The translations under genes were made by a program, and so were the position numbers. A DNA stretch of 64,000 nt from Bugula neritina (taxonomy: Eukaryota; Animalia; Bryozoa), in NCBI GenBank assembly GCA_964035545.1, contig OZ037765.1, forward strand, positions 496,001 through 560,000, read 5' to 3'. Below the pieces are notes generated by a model. That model did no database searches. It was given only the letters and a program-made list of their open reading frames with translations, and was not told where the DNA came from. Below, in pieces: positions 42,830-54,870 of the stretch (its first letter is position 1; every line of letters starts with the position of its first letter).

Positions 42830-45231
42830 ATGGTAAATATGTTATTATTCTTCTTAATCCAAATGTTCTTCTTTTAAATAACTTTCGTTTTAGTTGAATC
42901 TTATTTGGATGTTCTTAGCATTGGCCATACACTAAATATAATGTCAATATGAATATTTCATTTGACTTTGAGTTTGGCTGGTAGTGGAAGTGATTTGGTT
43001 TCACTTTGACAATTGTGAGTTGACTTGAAGTTGGTAATACTAGCTGTTAAGAAGTAGAGGTTTAGTTTTATTGTTTAGCAGTCAACCAGTAATTTCATTG
43101 CTTCTAAAAGTAAGTTTTTTTTGACGAGTAGTAATACTTAGCATCAGGCTTTACACTTAGTCTACAGTTTGTGAGTTAGTAATTTTCAGTTGATATCAAT
43201 TTTAAATTAATCGAGTGTAAAACTAAATAAAGTAAATGACATTAGACCCAGAGTGGTATATATTAGGAGTGTTGACATTAGGTAATCTTACGGAATCATA
43301 TGGGCGCCATTATGCCGAGATTGGTACCGCGAGTTTATATAAGTTATAAAGGAAAAATTTTGTCACTTTTGTTATTTTATTTTTTTTCTATTTTATGTGT
43401 AAAAATTTTTTTAGTTTTGTTTATTGGTAAAGTTTTTAAACACATTTTTATGCACATGAAATTTTAAAAAAAATTAAAACTCAATCATGCACGTAAATAC
43501 AAAGCTATAAAGTTGAAGCTTTGCTGTGATTACAATGTGAATATGAATTGAATAATGCTTGCAATAACCATTCTACACAAAATACGTTACAGTTGCTATA
43601 AATGTAAGACTAGTAAATTGGATGCAAATAGGCACAGTAATACTACTTAAGTTATGCTATTTTTGAAATTTGTAGTAAATATTTGGTATGTATATATATA
43701 TAATACATGCCAAATATTTACTACAAATTTCAAAAATAGCATAACTTAAGTAGTATTACTGTGCCTATTTGCATCCAATTTACTAGTCTTACATTTATAG
43801 CAACTGTAATGTATTTTGTGTAAAATAGTTATTGCAAGTATTCAATTCATATTCACGTTGTAATCACAGCGAAGCTTAAACTTTATAGCTTTGTATTTAC
43901 GTGCATGATTGAGTTTTAATTTTTTTTTAAATTTTATATGCATTGAAAATATGTTTAAAAACTTTACCAATAAACAAAATTAAAAAAATGGACACATAAA
44001 ATAAAAAAAAAATAAAATCACAAAAGTGGCAAAAATTTTCCTCTATAACTTATATAAACTCACGGTACCGATAGCGGCATTATGATTTTTCATGGTTTAA
44101 AGTCAACACTCTTAAATATACCACACTGATTAGACCTGGTAAAACTAAGAGGTTAAATTTGACTCGCCGAAAAGTAAAATAAGATAAATCTCTGAGAGTC
44201 AGTCCAGTGACTGAGTCACTGAATTACATCTACAGATGTCGAGTTGGTTATTGACCGGCATCCTAACTAAACTAAAAGTAATAATACAGTATCACTATGA
44301 GTTTAATAATTTGTTTGGTTGTTTTACAAACTCGAGCTGTTTTCTTGAGTCAAAAGATTAGTTTGTGACTTTGATTTCAAGGCATCAACAATGACATTAA
44401 CTAAAAATGTGTTGTAAAAGTAACTTGCAATATTTATACTGAAGTAATATACTCATAATGCATGTTTTGTAGACTAAGAAAAGGAGAAACGGAGGAAGAA
44501 ATAAGCATGGTAGAGGTGCTGTAAAGTTCATTAGATGCACCAACTGTGCCAGAGCTTGTCCTAAAGACAAGGCTATTAAGAAGTTTGTTATCAGAAACAT
44601 AGTGGAGGCAGCAGCTGTGAGGGATATTGGAGAAGCTAGTGTATATGATGGTGAGTCCACTTTCTCTACTCTTCATATTGCAGGTTTTCTATTGTTACTA
44701 ACATTTTCATTTTAGACATATAGAAGTTTTTAGTTTTATGGAATTGATGTGTTAAATTGATATTTTATTGGTGGGCTAATACAGACTATGAATACCTTTT
44801 TGGGAAACAGTGTCTAAATTTTCTGTTTTGCTAGTCTTTTGCTACATGAAAATGTTGTTAAAGTTGCATACTGTTGTGTGTTTGTAGGATACATCCTGCC
44901 TAAACTCTATGCCAAACTACACTACTGCATCTCGTGCGCTATTCACAGTAAAGTTGTGAGGAACAGATCTAGGAAAGCCAGGAAGGACAGAACTCCACCT
45001 CCCAGATTCAGACCTACCCAGAGAGTGAGTTCTCTTTCCTCTCCTCCCTTCTTGCTCTACTCTCTCCCTTCTTGCTATTCTCTATGTTCTACTTAGGCTT
45101 CTGGTAGAGCAACTGTACTTTACTTTGCTTATGTTACTCTTTGTGTGAATATTATAGTGGAGCTGAAAGTGCTGTGTGAAGGTTAAACTTGTGAATTCTC
45201 ATTTATCTTTCAGTCTGACAACAAGAACTAA
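42830..45231 (+). CDS. RPS26: 40S ribosomal protein S26 (eS26); exons 42830-42832 (ATG only), 44473-44650, 44888-45024, 45214-45231
   Basis: M|[86 protein letters not shown]. Confidence 0.97.
43249..44128. mobile_element. 880-bp palindromic (fold-back) hAT-type MITE in RPS26 intron 1
   Basis: Ends CAGAGTGGTATAT ... ATATACCACACTG; perfect 8-bp TSD ATTAGACC at 43241-48 and 44129-36; arms complementary up to a (TA)n centre at about 43690-43705. Confidence 0.93.
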
Positions 45232-45401
45232 GAATTGTTTGGAGAAGCTGCAGGAGAGACAACTACTCGCCAGAATGATGAATTATACATTTATGTATAT
45301 TTGTGTATTCAATAATAAATAGTTGATGAAACAAAGCAATGCTAATGTTATGTGTATAAGTTCAGATGCAGATAACACTTCATAAAGGGCAGGTGTAACC
45401 T

Positions 45402-46532
45402 TCAGTTTCCTGTCTTGAATATCCAATGATTGCATTCCTTTTCTGCTTTATGAGAATCCAGGCACGTGGTGGCAGTCACTTCGTACTCAAAGCCCAGCAT
45501 TGTTCTACATAATGTACAGTAAATACGTAATTGTCTTCTCTTTGACTGCTAAGTGCTAAAACTAAGGCAGGTATTGATAACTAAAGGATGTGTTGCACTT
45601 TAACATGAATCAAGTACTAATTTATGACTGATGGCACTTGCAGTGTAGCTCGGCTTTATCAAATGTGTTCAATTAAAGCCAGAAGGTTTGGTGGCGGAGA
45701 ACTCTGAATATGAAACTCAACAGTGAAAACAGCGCTATATGCCTGTCAGCAGTGCAATATTATACCCGCAGAGCTAAAGGTGTGCACGGCTAAGTTACTT
45801 TTATGCCAAATCTAAAGAATTGGTTGGGACATTTGGAAGAATAAATTATTTCTGGTATTCACTCACTTGACTTTGCAAGCCTCTTCTATGCACAGAGATT
45901 GGCCTGTTTTGCTGTGAACAAACAGCACCTTGGCATTAGCCTACAACATTCACATTAGCTGCAGCTAACAAATACACTGGCACATGGCTAAAGGCAACGA
46001 ACGTTCTAGTATTTCCTAATCTCTTACTGGAACGGGACGTCCCTCCATCTCAAGTCTCATCTGAGGATCTAAGTATGTGACGTGCCACTGACACAGAAAA
46101 GACCTTTCTGGCACGAGCAGCACTTCCTGGTGTCGAGACTTCTTGGCCTGTCTCTGGAGAGTCAGTGTGTCGCTACTGAGGTAGAGCTGGAAATAAACAG
46201 GAAAGATGTCGCACTTTCTAGTCCCTGGCACCTGCCCTAACCTGTCGCTATTCACTGTGGTGAGTCAACTGTGAAGTCAAACTCCATTTTGAAAATAGAA
46301 TATTATTAGTTGCATCATAGATACAGTTACTACTAGTACTGGTACTACTACTACTACTACTACTGCTACTACTACTGGTACTACTACTATATAGTACTAC
46401 TACTGCTACTACTACAGTACTACTATATACTACTAGCACTACTACTGGTACTACTACTACTACTACTGCTGGTACTATTAGTACTACTAGTAGTAGTAGC
46501 AGTAGTACTAGTAGTACTAGTAGTACTACTAG

Positions 46533-46581
<49 letters not shown>

Positions 46582-48400
46582 GCTACTGCTACTGCTACTA
46601 CTACTGCTACTACTACTGCTACTACTACTACTAGCACTACTACTTACATTTCCACCATCCTCTGTAGTTCTTAGACAGAAAGGCTGATTGAAGTGTAACT
46701 GGCTTTGAAGGGGTGATCCATCAACACTGAAAGCAACATGTAAATAAATGTCTTATTCCAGTGTGCAACTAAAACAAGTTGGCATGTTTCTTTGGACCAA
46801 AACGTGTTACAGCTTGTGCGTGATTTAGTTTTACGCTATACATATGTGCATACCAAATATGGTTAATATTACCCGTAACTTATCACATTGCTGTTCGCAA
46901 GAAAATGCTCTGAAGAGAAAATGTAACATGAAACATAAACCACCTTTCTATGACAAAAGTGTTCCTGGCATAGGGTGATTTGTGATTGATGGATGACGAC
47001 ACTTGGCAGGTGCCTGCAATCTTTCTCTCAGCCAGTAGTTTACTAGCTGATATGTTGACTGACAGGCATGACTCATCTCTGGGATCAATGTTGGCGAAAT
47101 ATTTAGTTCTGTCTGCCGCCATCGGGTTCACTAGTTGAACACAGTCACCCATGTGTAAGGCCCCATCATTGACCACACTCAAGGCGGTCTGAAAATATTT
47201 AAAAGTTGTTTAAACAATTGAGAAAAATTTTTGTGTCAACCAAGTACCAACTATAGAATCTTATTTGGTTATAACAAGTATGCAGACTACATTTGGAGTT
47301 ACTCACCCCTTTTAGCACAATGGCTGAAAAATCTGCAGACTTCTGAATCAAAAGCTCTCCTCTTTCTCTTTTTTCTAAGAAGTCTTTAATTGTATCCTGC
47401 AAAACATTTGATTCAAAGCATTAGACAAGCTTCTAAAACCACAACGTATAATTTATACTTACAATGTTTGATTCAAATTTATGATGCAAATTCAAACAAA
47501 TTTTTGTTGACTAAAAACTATTGGAGGAAATATAAAAACTAATATTAATGTGCATTGCTTATATGAACAAAAACTAGCAAACATACTGGGCTACTTTTTT
47601 GCAACTAGTTGATTTAAAAGTTGAAATTTTATTAATCATTTTTCTAATATTTTCATAAAATGCTTACATATAACTTGATAAGATTTATGAGCAAAACATA
47701 TCATTGATTGTTAACTAATTTGAATTTTTGAAAAAAGAATTAGAAACGCATTGCAGAATTCATCAAAAAAAAATTTAGTTGCAATAAGTTTAAATTGGCT
47801 ACAAATTATGCTTTCAGTCACAAAATAATTAAGAATAAAATAAATATTATTATTTGATATTTTTATGTGGCATATGCCTAACATACAAACTTATAATTAT
47901 CCTTATATTTAAAAATTAATCACAAATCATAATAAAATTTAAAATAATAACAGTCAACTAATAGTCAATGTAAAAGTATAACTATAAGTCACAACCTATT
48001 ATTCATTAGTGACTCAGCAAAATTGACAGAATTGAGCATGTTGATGTTTAAGGGAAAATTCAGGTTTTTGATCTTTTGATTATAAACTTTCCATGCGTCG
48101 TGTTATAAATTTAAAATGTTTCTTAATCAACTACTATTAAATAAATAGTTATATAAGCATAATAAAACAAATAAAAACTAGCAGGTAAAGCCATAATTTT
48201 AAAATATAATTTATTGATTAGTTTCTAGAAGTAGAACTAGAAGTAAAACTAAAAGTAAAAGCAAATGTAGTACTACTACTAGTACTAGTACGTGTACAGA
48301 TAACTAGTATTGGATTTGATATCATATTTACCTCTTCCAGCTGAATATCTTCATTCCAGTTACCAACACGCACTGATGGGGCATATGTGCGAGTAGTCAT
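45402..48400 (-). CDS. CFAP161: Cilia- and flagella-associated protein 161; exons 48400-48332, 47396-47307, 47188-46944, 46726-46648, 46186-46028, 45940-45867, 45504-45402
   Basis: MTTRTYAPSVRVGNWNEDIQLEEDTIKDFLEKRERGELLIQK, ARNTFVI, LYLSSD..AKKSRHQEV, DPQMRLEMEGRPVPAN, EYEVTATTCLDSHKAEKECNHW; all phases consistent. Confidence 0.9.
46325..46640. repeat. (ACT)n microsatellite adjoining a CFAP161 donor
   Basis: Long ACT/GCT/AGT triplet run; explains the poly-Val ORF. Confidence 0.95.
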
Positions 48401-48525
48401 AGTAAAAATTGAAGTGCTCGATAAAAGATTTAACAACTGCTACAGCTGAAAGTAGTAGAATAGTAACAACTAACAAGTATTAACTCGTCGCAATGTGAAG
48501 GCGCAAAACTGTTTACTTCCGATGA

Positions 48526-48538
48526 GTTGCTGGGCAAC
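48526..48538. promoter_or_regulatory. RFX X-box upstream of CFAP161
   Basis: GTTGCT-G-GGCAAC fits the GTNRCY-N0-3-RGYAAC X-box, about 125 nt upstream of the ATG of an axonemal gene. Confidence 0.7.
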
Positions 48539-49233
48539 CATTTGAGACGAAGACGGGTTATATACGGCAGCATTTATTTTCTTCAACGCACAAAAAAAAT
48601 AAAGAGGACAACTCTTTTTCATATTTATAAACTTGTCAATTTTGTTTATTTTAGACTACTTGACGTTTTTGTCCTATGCTAGTAAGTACTAAATACAATT
48701 ATGTGCCTTATAGAAAACCCGAGGCTAATTACCAATTTTTTTCTAAATTAGCCCAAAAGTATAATAATAATTATCATATACTAACCTCTAGAAAATATTA
48801 ATTCACAGATCGTTATACAATACATTATATACATAATTAAATATGTAATATTATAGCAATGCTGAGAGAACATTTAATTATTTTACGTGATAAGTTTAGA
48901 AAAATATGGCATTGATAGCAGCTTGAATATAAAATTTTTAACAAATTTGTTCAAATAAATAGCTTTACACTTGTATAAAATTGAATTCTCACTGAAACAT
49001 TGCAAACATAAGTAGGCACGTATTGCGAATATAACTGCAAAACTTGAATATTACAGGGTCACATAGTTAGAAAGTATAAAATAGTTTCGCCCCACTGGGT
49101 TGCGAGCAGGTGCTTGCTAGCCATTACACCGCAGAGAGTGTCAGGGGCAACTGGGTACTCCCAACACTACAGGTCTCTCCACTTTTTCAAAGTACTACTG
49201 CACTAAAGGCCGAAATAATTCATAAAATAGTTT

Positions 49234-49309
49234 TGCTCCCACTGGGGTTCGAACCCGAGACCTCCGGCTTGCAGGCAGCCGTGCTTACCATATTATACAC
49301 CACCGGAAC
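49234..49309 (-). other. tRNA-like sequence (tRNA pseudogene or SINE head) with a more degenerate tandem copy at about 49077-49175
   Basis: Minus strand GTTCCGGTGGTGTATAATATGGTAAGCACGGCTGCCTGCAAGCCGGAGGTCTCGGGTTCGAACCCCAGTGGGAGCA: A-box-like and B-box GGTTCGAACCC; imperfect acceptor and anticodon stems. Confidence 0.65.
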
Positions 49310-50179
49310 TACTGGGTTAACTCAACACTACAGAAAGGGTTGTCACAATGTTGAATTTAATAATGAAGAGTTACTTAATCCATCTGACTCCATATCAATG
49401 TAGACTGTAGAGTATAGAGTATATAGGTAAAGATAAACTAGTATATCATGTAATAATATGGTGAGTGTCCAATTCCCAGTAGCTATAGGATTGTGGAACA
49501 ACACTGCAGACCAACATCCTAACCTGAAGGCTTTACCTTCTTTACAGACCAAGATAGGAGCTGGTGCCATGCAACACATAATATACCAACCCCCAGGCAG
49601 GCTGTGTGAAATACTGTGGTATAGATAATCACTATATCAAATCTTAAATGAAAAATATTGAATTCAATTTTATAATATTCACACACAGTTATCCATATTC
49701 ATATAGTTCTACCTATGCTGTTTTATTTTATTCATTGTCATTCACATTGATTTCCATATTTATTATTATAATATTTATACCGATTTATTATTTGATAGCA
49801 ACCAGTACTAGTGAACCACACTATATTCAAAATATATCTTGAAATGTAAAACACGAAAATGTAGTAGACAAACATAATAATATGTTGAAAAAATAGAAAG
49901 TGATTAGCTTCTCAAACAATCTGAATCTGAAGCAAACTAACAATATTTACACACTTGGATAATCTTAGCACAATTTTACCAAAATAAATTAAGTCGTTAT
50001 AGGTACTAAGCAATATGTAAACTTCGTTTACAATGACGGCTAGGAGTAGCCAATGGGCATATACCAGTCGGGTAGTAGCTAACGTGTGTCACGTGGTCTG
50101 ATAGCTAGTTCCTACGTGGTTGGCCGGAGTTTCAACGATTTCACAGTGACTTTCTTCCTGCAGGTATATTAGAGCAAGA

Positions 50180-52723
50180 ATGTCAGGTTAGTAAAATATG
50201 TGGGTAACTTAGATTAGGCTAGATATTCATTAAGTTCAACATTGTCATTATAACAGAAAATAACTATCGTAATCATAGACTGATTGTGATTGTCAGTCGG
50301 TGATTCACTCCTGTCACCTGTGTCACAGTTTGAGTTGGTGTTACTCTTGCTCTTAGAATTAGTGACTTAGTCTTGCTCTAAGTTAGAGTTTAACTCTTGA
50401 TCATATTCATTGTGATTGTCATTGGAATAACAATACACGTGTGTATTATTATATATAGTTATACTATATTGATATATAATAATTATATTATATAACTACA
50501 AGTTTTACGTATATTTATTTTAATGAGTTCAGCCTCAGAAATTGCAATGAATTGACATTTAGCAGTGTACTTACTCTTAGCCTTGTGTATTTTAATTTTA
50601 TCAATTTCATTTTAATTCTAAAAAATCATTTGTCAAATGGATTTTTTTGTTTTGTTTTCCTATAGTTTTATATTCAACACAGATACTATTAGTATTGCCT
50701 AGTATCACTATTAGTATTCTTAATTGCCATAAACTTGATTGGTCCCTGCAAATACCTAGCACCTGCAAGTGTGTAGAATTAATGATAATGGCATTAAAAA
50801 TTGAAGCTAAATTATTCAATTTCACAGCTTTGCACTGGAAGCTTTTTGTTAAAGCTAAAAGTATATAGAAAGGTTGATACAGTTTATAGTTAATATTTAT
50901 TAGAGAGTAGAGTTTTGTTATTTCTACTTTCACATTATGAGATATTTCTGCAGTGTTTCAGAGTTTACGATGTATAAGTGAGCTGCTAAACTGTGTTATG
51001 CTGACTATCTGCTGTCAGTATCAACAAAACACTCTCTACCTGTTCAGGTGATGAGATTCTCAAGTTATAGAATTATTATGTTGTTGTTGCAGACAGTGAA
51101 GACAGTCTGGGACTGAAGCTGCTGCAGCCACCAGCTTCTCTACAGTCTGATGGACTTCCTGTACGTGGTTGGAGTGATAGAGTAAACATCTCAGCTATTG
51201 GACATCTGATGTGTGGGACACTAGAAGGTGTAGAAGTAAGAAATAGACACACTCTGGATACTATCGGCTCAGTGAAGGACACCAACACTACACGGTGGGG
51301 GGGAGATAATCCAACCTGAAGGGGTGGTGGTTGGCAGCTGGTATAACAAGAAAGAGAAAACAGCTGAAGTCTCACTTCTTGACCCGAACTCTCTGAAGGA
51401 AACCCATTCTCTATATAAACAGTCAGATGGTTTACTCGCAAAAATTTCACCCCTCTTCTTCACTCACTTCACCTTCTATAGAATAGCTCAGCACCTCTCT
51501 CTAGTATATATTGTAGACAGTGAGGAGAAGCAGCTGGTAGTCTGTAACCTAGTTGACAATAAAATACAGAAGTTTCCACTTCCTGGTACGAAAGACCCTA
51601 ACTCTATATGCATCCTCCCAGACTCGACTCTCCTCATAGGAGACTACACTGAAGATGGTAAAGTGAGAAGATATAAAGTGGAGAACACAACTCTCACTAT
51701 AAGGTGGGAATTCCCTCACATCTCACGACCAACTGGTATTTCCTTTGATCCAACATCTGAACTGATTCACATCTGTACTGCAGTGGGACCTCTCCTCATC
51801 CTCTCACTTGAAGGTAAATAAATACTGTGTCTGTTATAGTAAGTTTAGTTACTCTAATGATTTTATATGATAATTTTAACTCTTAGGCTGTAAGATGATA
51901 GTGTTAGTAAGCACTTGGCTTTGAGGCTAATTTACAATAATTAGTATTTCATGGAAGTGCTTTACAGTAATTTCAGAGGTGCTCAGTCTAACAACTGTAC
52001 AGACTGCCAGCTGCACATGAGTTATGAGTTGTAGTTTGACTTCAGTCTAGTGCTGCTATTGTTTTGGTCATCAGATAATTTAAAGATAAATAATTTGATA
52101 CTTTTTGACTGCCATTACTGAGAATATTGTGATTTGATGATGGCTGGTAGAGCAGTGTTTGCTGGTGGGACTCAGGTGGCTGTGGTTGGTTCTTGTCAAG
52201 TATTTAATATGTGATAATGTTGGAGTATATCTTATATTATGTAATTATTTATAATTATATTAGCTGAGCACTAAGTTTGTATGTTGAGTTTCTTCTCTCC
52301 ATGATGTCATTTATTATGAAGTAAACAGTAGAGCAGCTCAGTGAATTATTCAATACTGATTGGTAGAACTTTATTATCTTCAACATAATCCGCTTAGTTC
52401 CATGTTTAAAGAAAGTCTTTCTGAGTGAGAAATATGTTTGATATATATATTATTATATATATTTTTATTTTAGTTACTATATTATACTAGAAAGTAGAAA
52501 CTGCATGTAGGTGTGTCAGCTGTTGTGATGTCACTGTAGTCTGTCTGTTTGTCTCAAACTGATACAATCTGGTGTTATTTTATTTACAGGGAAACTGATG
52601 CAGACATTTCCAAGAGAAAGTCTTGGTGCGAGTGACTGGGTGTATGACATTGCTGTGTATAATGGAGACAAGGTGTTCCTAGCATGTAATGATGGACTGA
52701 GGAGATACACAATAAACTACTAA
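50180..52723 (+). pseudogene. NHL/SMP-30-like beta-propeller gene interrupted by a 1-nt frameshift; exons 50180-50186, 51093(or 51048)-51813, 52590-52723
   Basis: Blade-like motifs VYIVDSEEKQLVV, DPNSICILPDSTLLIGD..GKVRRY, RPTGISFDPTSELIHIC, VYDIAVY; GT-AG junctions in phase; frame break at the G7 run 51297-51303; AATAAA near 52754. Confidence 0.65.
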
Positions 52724-53189
52724 ACTTATCAGCTATATTTTACTCTTTTACTAAATAAAGTTTATTTATGAAAACATTTTCTGACTAGTTGTATGAATCA
52801 GTCGCATATTTTCATACTTGATCACAAGAATCAGAACTTAAAATGAGAGTAGCTCTTATACTTGAGAGGTAAATAAAAGCTGAGCCTCAGGTCAACCTGC
52901 AGGTCTACAAATACTAAGAAATAAACCTCACACACTGAAAGTAATAAATAACTTGAGTGTAAATGACAGACATGCAGGTGCAGAGTAACTCAAACATAAC
53001 TGTAGACAACATAATTCTAACATTATATAATCATGTCTTAGACAGAGTATTGCTGGGTAACATGGAGTTCTTTAGACAGTCAGGGGCAGATAATCACCAC
53101 AGAAGTAATGTATAATATAATATACTCATGTGTATTTTACATGATTATGTGCAGCTGCAATGAACTTGCATATAATGGAAAAGATAAGG

Positions 53190-53427
53190 TAGAGGTGGGC
53201 AATTTCTTTTGCATGAGGGTCAAGTTCAGAAATTAGCCAAAACAGAGGTCCACATGACTGTACGCATATTATAAATTCTCTTATAATAAATTTAATTGTC
53301 ACCAAATCTCTGCTATGCTAATCGGAATGCATTTAACACTTTTTACTTATCTTAATCGGCAAAAGGGTCACTGACGAATGAGAAAAGGGCCACAGGTGGC
53401 CCTGAGGCCCCCAGTCGCCCACCCCTG
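53190..53427. mobile_element. Short degenerate hAT-like MITE
   Basis: Imperfect TIR TAGAGGTGGGCAA ... TCGCCCACCCCTG; flanks share ATAAGG but there is no exact 8-bp TSD. Confidence 0.45.
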
Positions 53428-54870
53428 AATTATAAGGACTCAAATCTGCTTTGAGGCGACAACTTCAATTTATAGTTATGCTATGAATATATAATATAAA
53501 ACATGTACATGTACCCCTCGTTTACACTTTGCCGTATCAGTCACTTTTACAAATGTCTGAGCTTCCTGTACGGCGTTGAGGCACGTACTTAAATCAAGTA
53601 CTGCTTGATTTAAACAAGTTGCAGCGAACTCCTATTGGACAGGAAGACATTCATGTCAATTCATTGGATATAAATGTCCAATGAGTTGTCATAGATGCTA
53701 CTCAATAGCACAATTTGAGAACTTCAGCCAGGACACATTAAAAATGGCTGATATTTTACGTTTGTTGCAATGTGTGAATAAGGGGGCAGCCATCTAGTTG
53801 GTGGTTGAGTCATAAGCTTTATAAAAGTACCATAATATAGCTAACCTCAGATGCTTATTTTTGGGTAATAAAATTCATTTAATTTTAGTAGCAAATTAGA
53901 TTTGTAACAGAGCTTGGGCCACAATCTTTTTCTTTCTTCAAATATTTCACGAAAAAAAACTATTTCCAATGTTGTACTATATAACTTACAACTATAGTGT
54001 AAGTCTTCTATTACAAGCTTTGAGAAGACCTCCATTACCATACTATTCTACATAATAAATATCCTTTAAAACTCTGTCTAGTCTAGCTATAAGTTAACAA
54101 GTTAGTATTTATTGTGCTGAGCTTTTCCACACTCTGATATAGAGAAGTTGTTTAGTGAGAAATACTGTTCTGAGACAATCGAATTCTCACACAAAACCAA
54201 ATCCTGTGTAATGTGCATATTGCTGGACAAAGTCATTACATCAAAACAAGAATTGAAGAAATGAGAGGGTCATTGGTTCAGATGATGTATTATAACATAG
54301 AAACAATAGACTATAAAGACAAGTATTTGGAATAGATGAGCTGCGAGTGAGAGATGAATAACATGTAATGTATCACTCTGGTCTGTAAGCGGGCCAATAA
54401 TTGGTAAATAAATGTAAAATATTAGAGAACAAGAATACGCTATAATTATAGAAGAGTATATTATAATAATGGTGTATAGGACAGGGGTTAGTGGAAACAT
54501 ACAGTATGATAATATAGTACACACAGTGAAACAAACCAGCACCATGATGAGAACAAGGTTAAGGGTCAAGGTCAAACAGATATCTCAGAAAGGACGTGAT
54601 GTCATAAACTATTCCCATAAGAAACACAGGACTATAACCATAATATTTTGACTGGCAGCTCAAACATAAATTAAATCACTGTTAATATAATATAATACTA
54701 AAGTATTATAAGTCATAATAAATAACAATACAATAACTTCTCGGCTTAATATAATGTAAATACCTATTATACTAAAACTCTGTCTACTGTATCACAAAGA
54801 GGGAGTATGAACACATGGTTAGCTTAAGTTCTGAGAGAGATCGTACAGTATAACTAGAGAGAGGGAGGGG

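Noticed and set aside
44651-45213. Intronic snoRNA in RPS26 introns
   Set aside because: Expected in ribosomal protein genes, but I could not identify convincing C/D or H/ACA boxes with terminal stems.
46248-46637. Poly-Val/Ser ORF
   Set aside because: Translation of an (ACT)n microsatellite in a CFAP161 intron.
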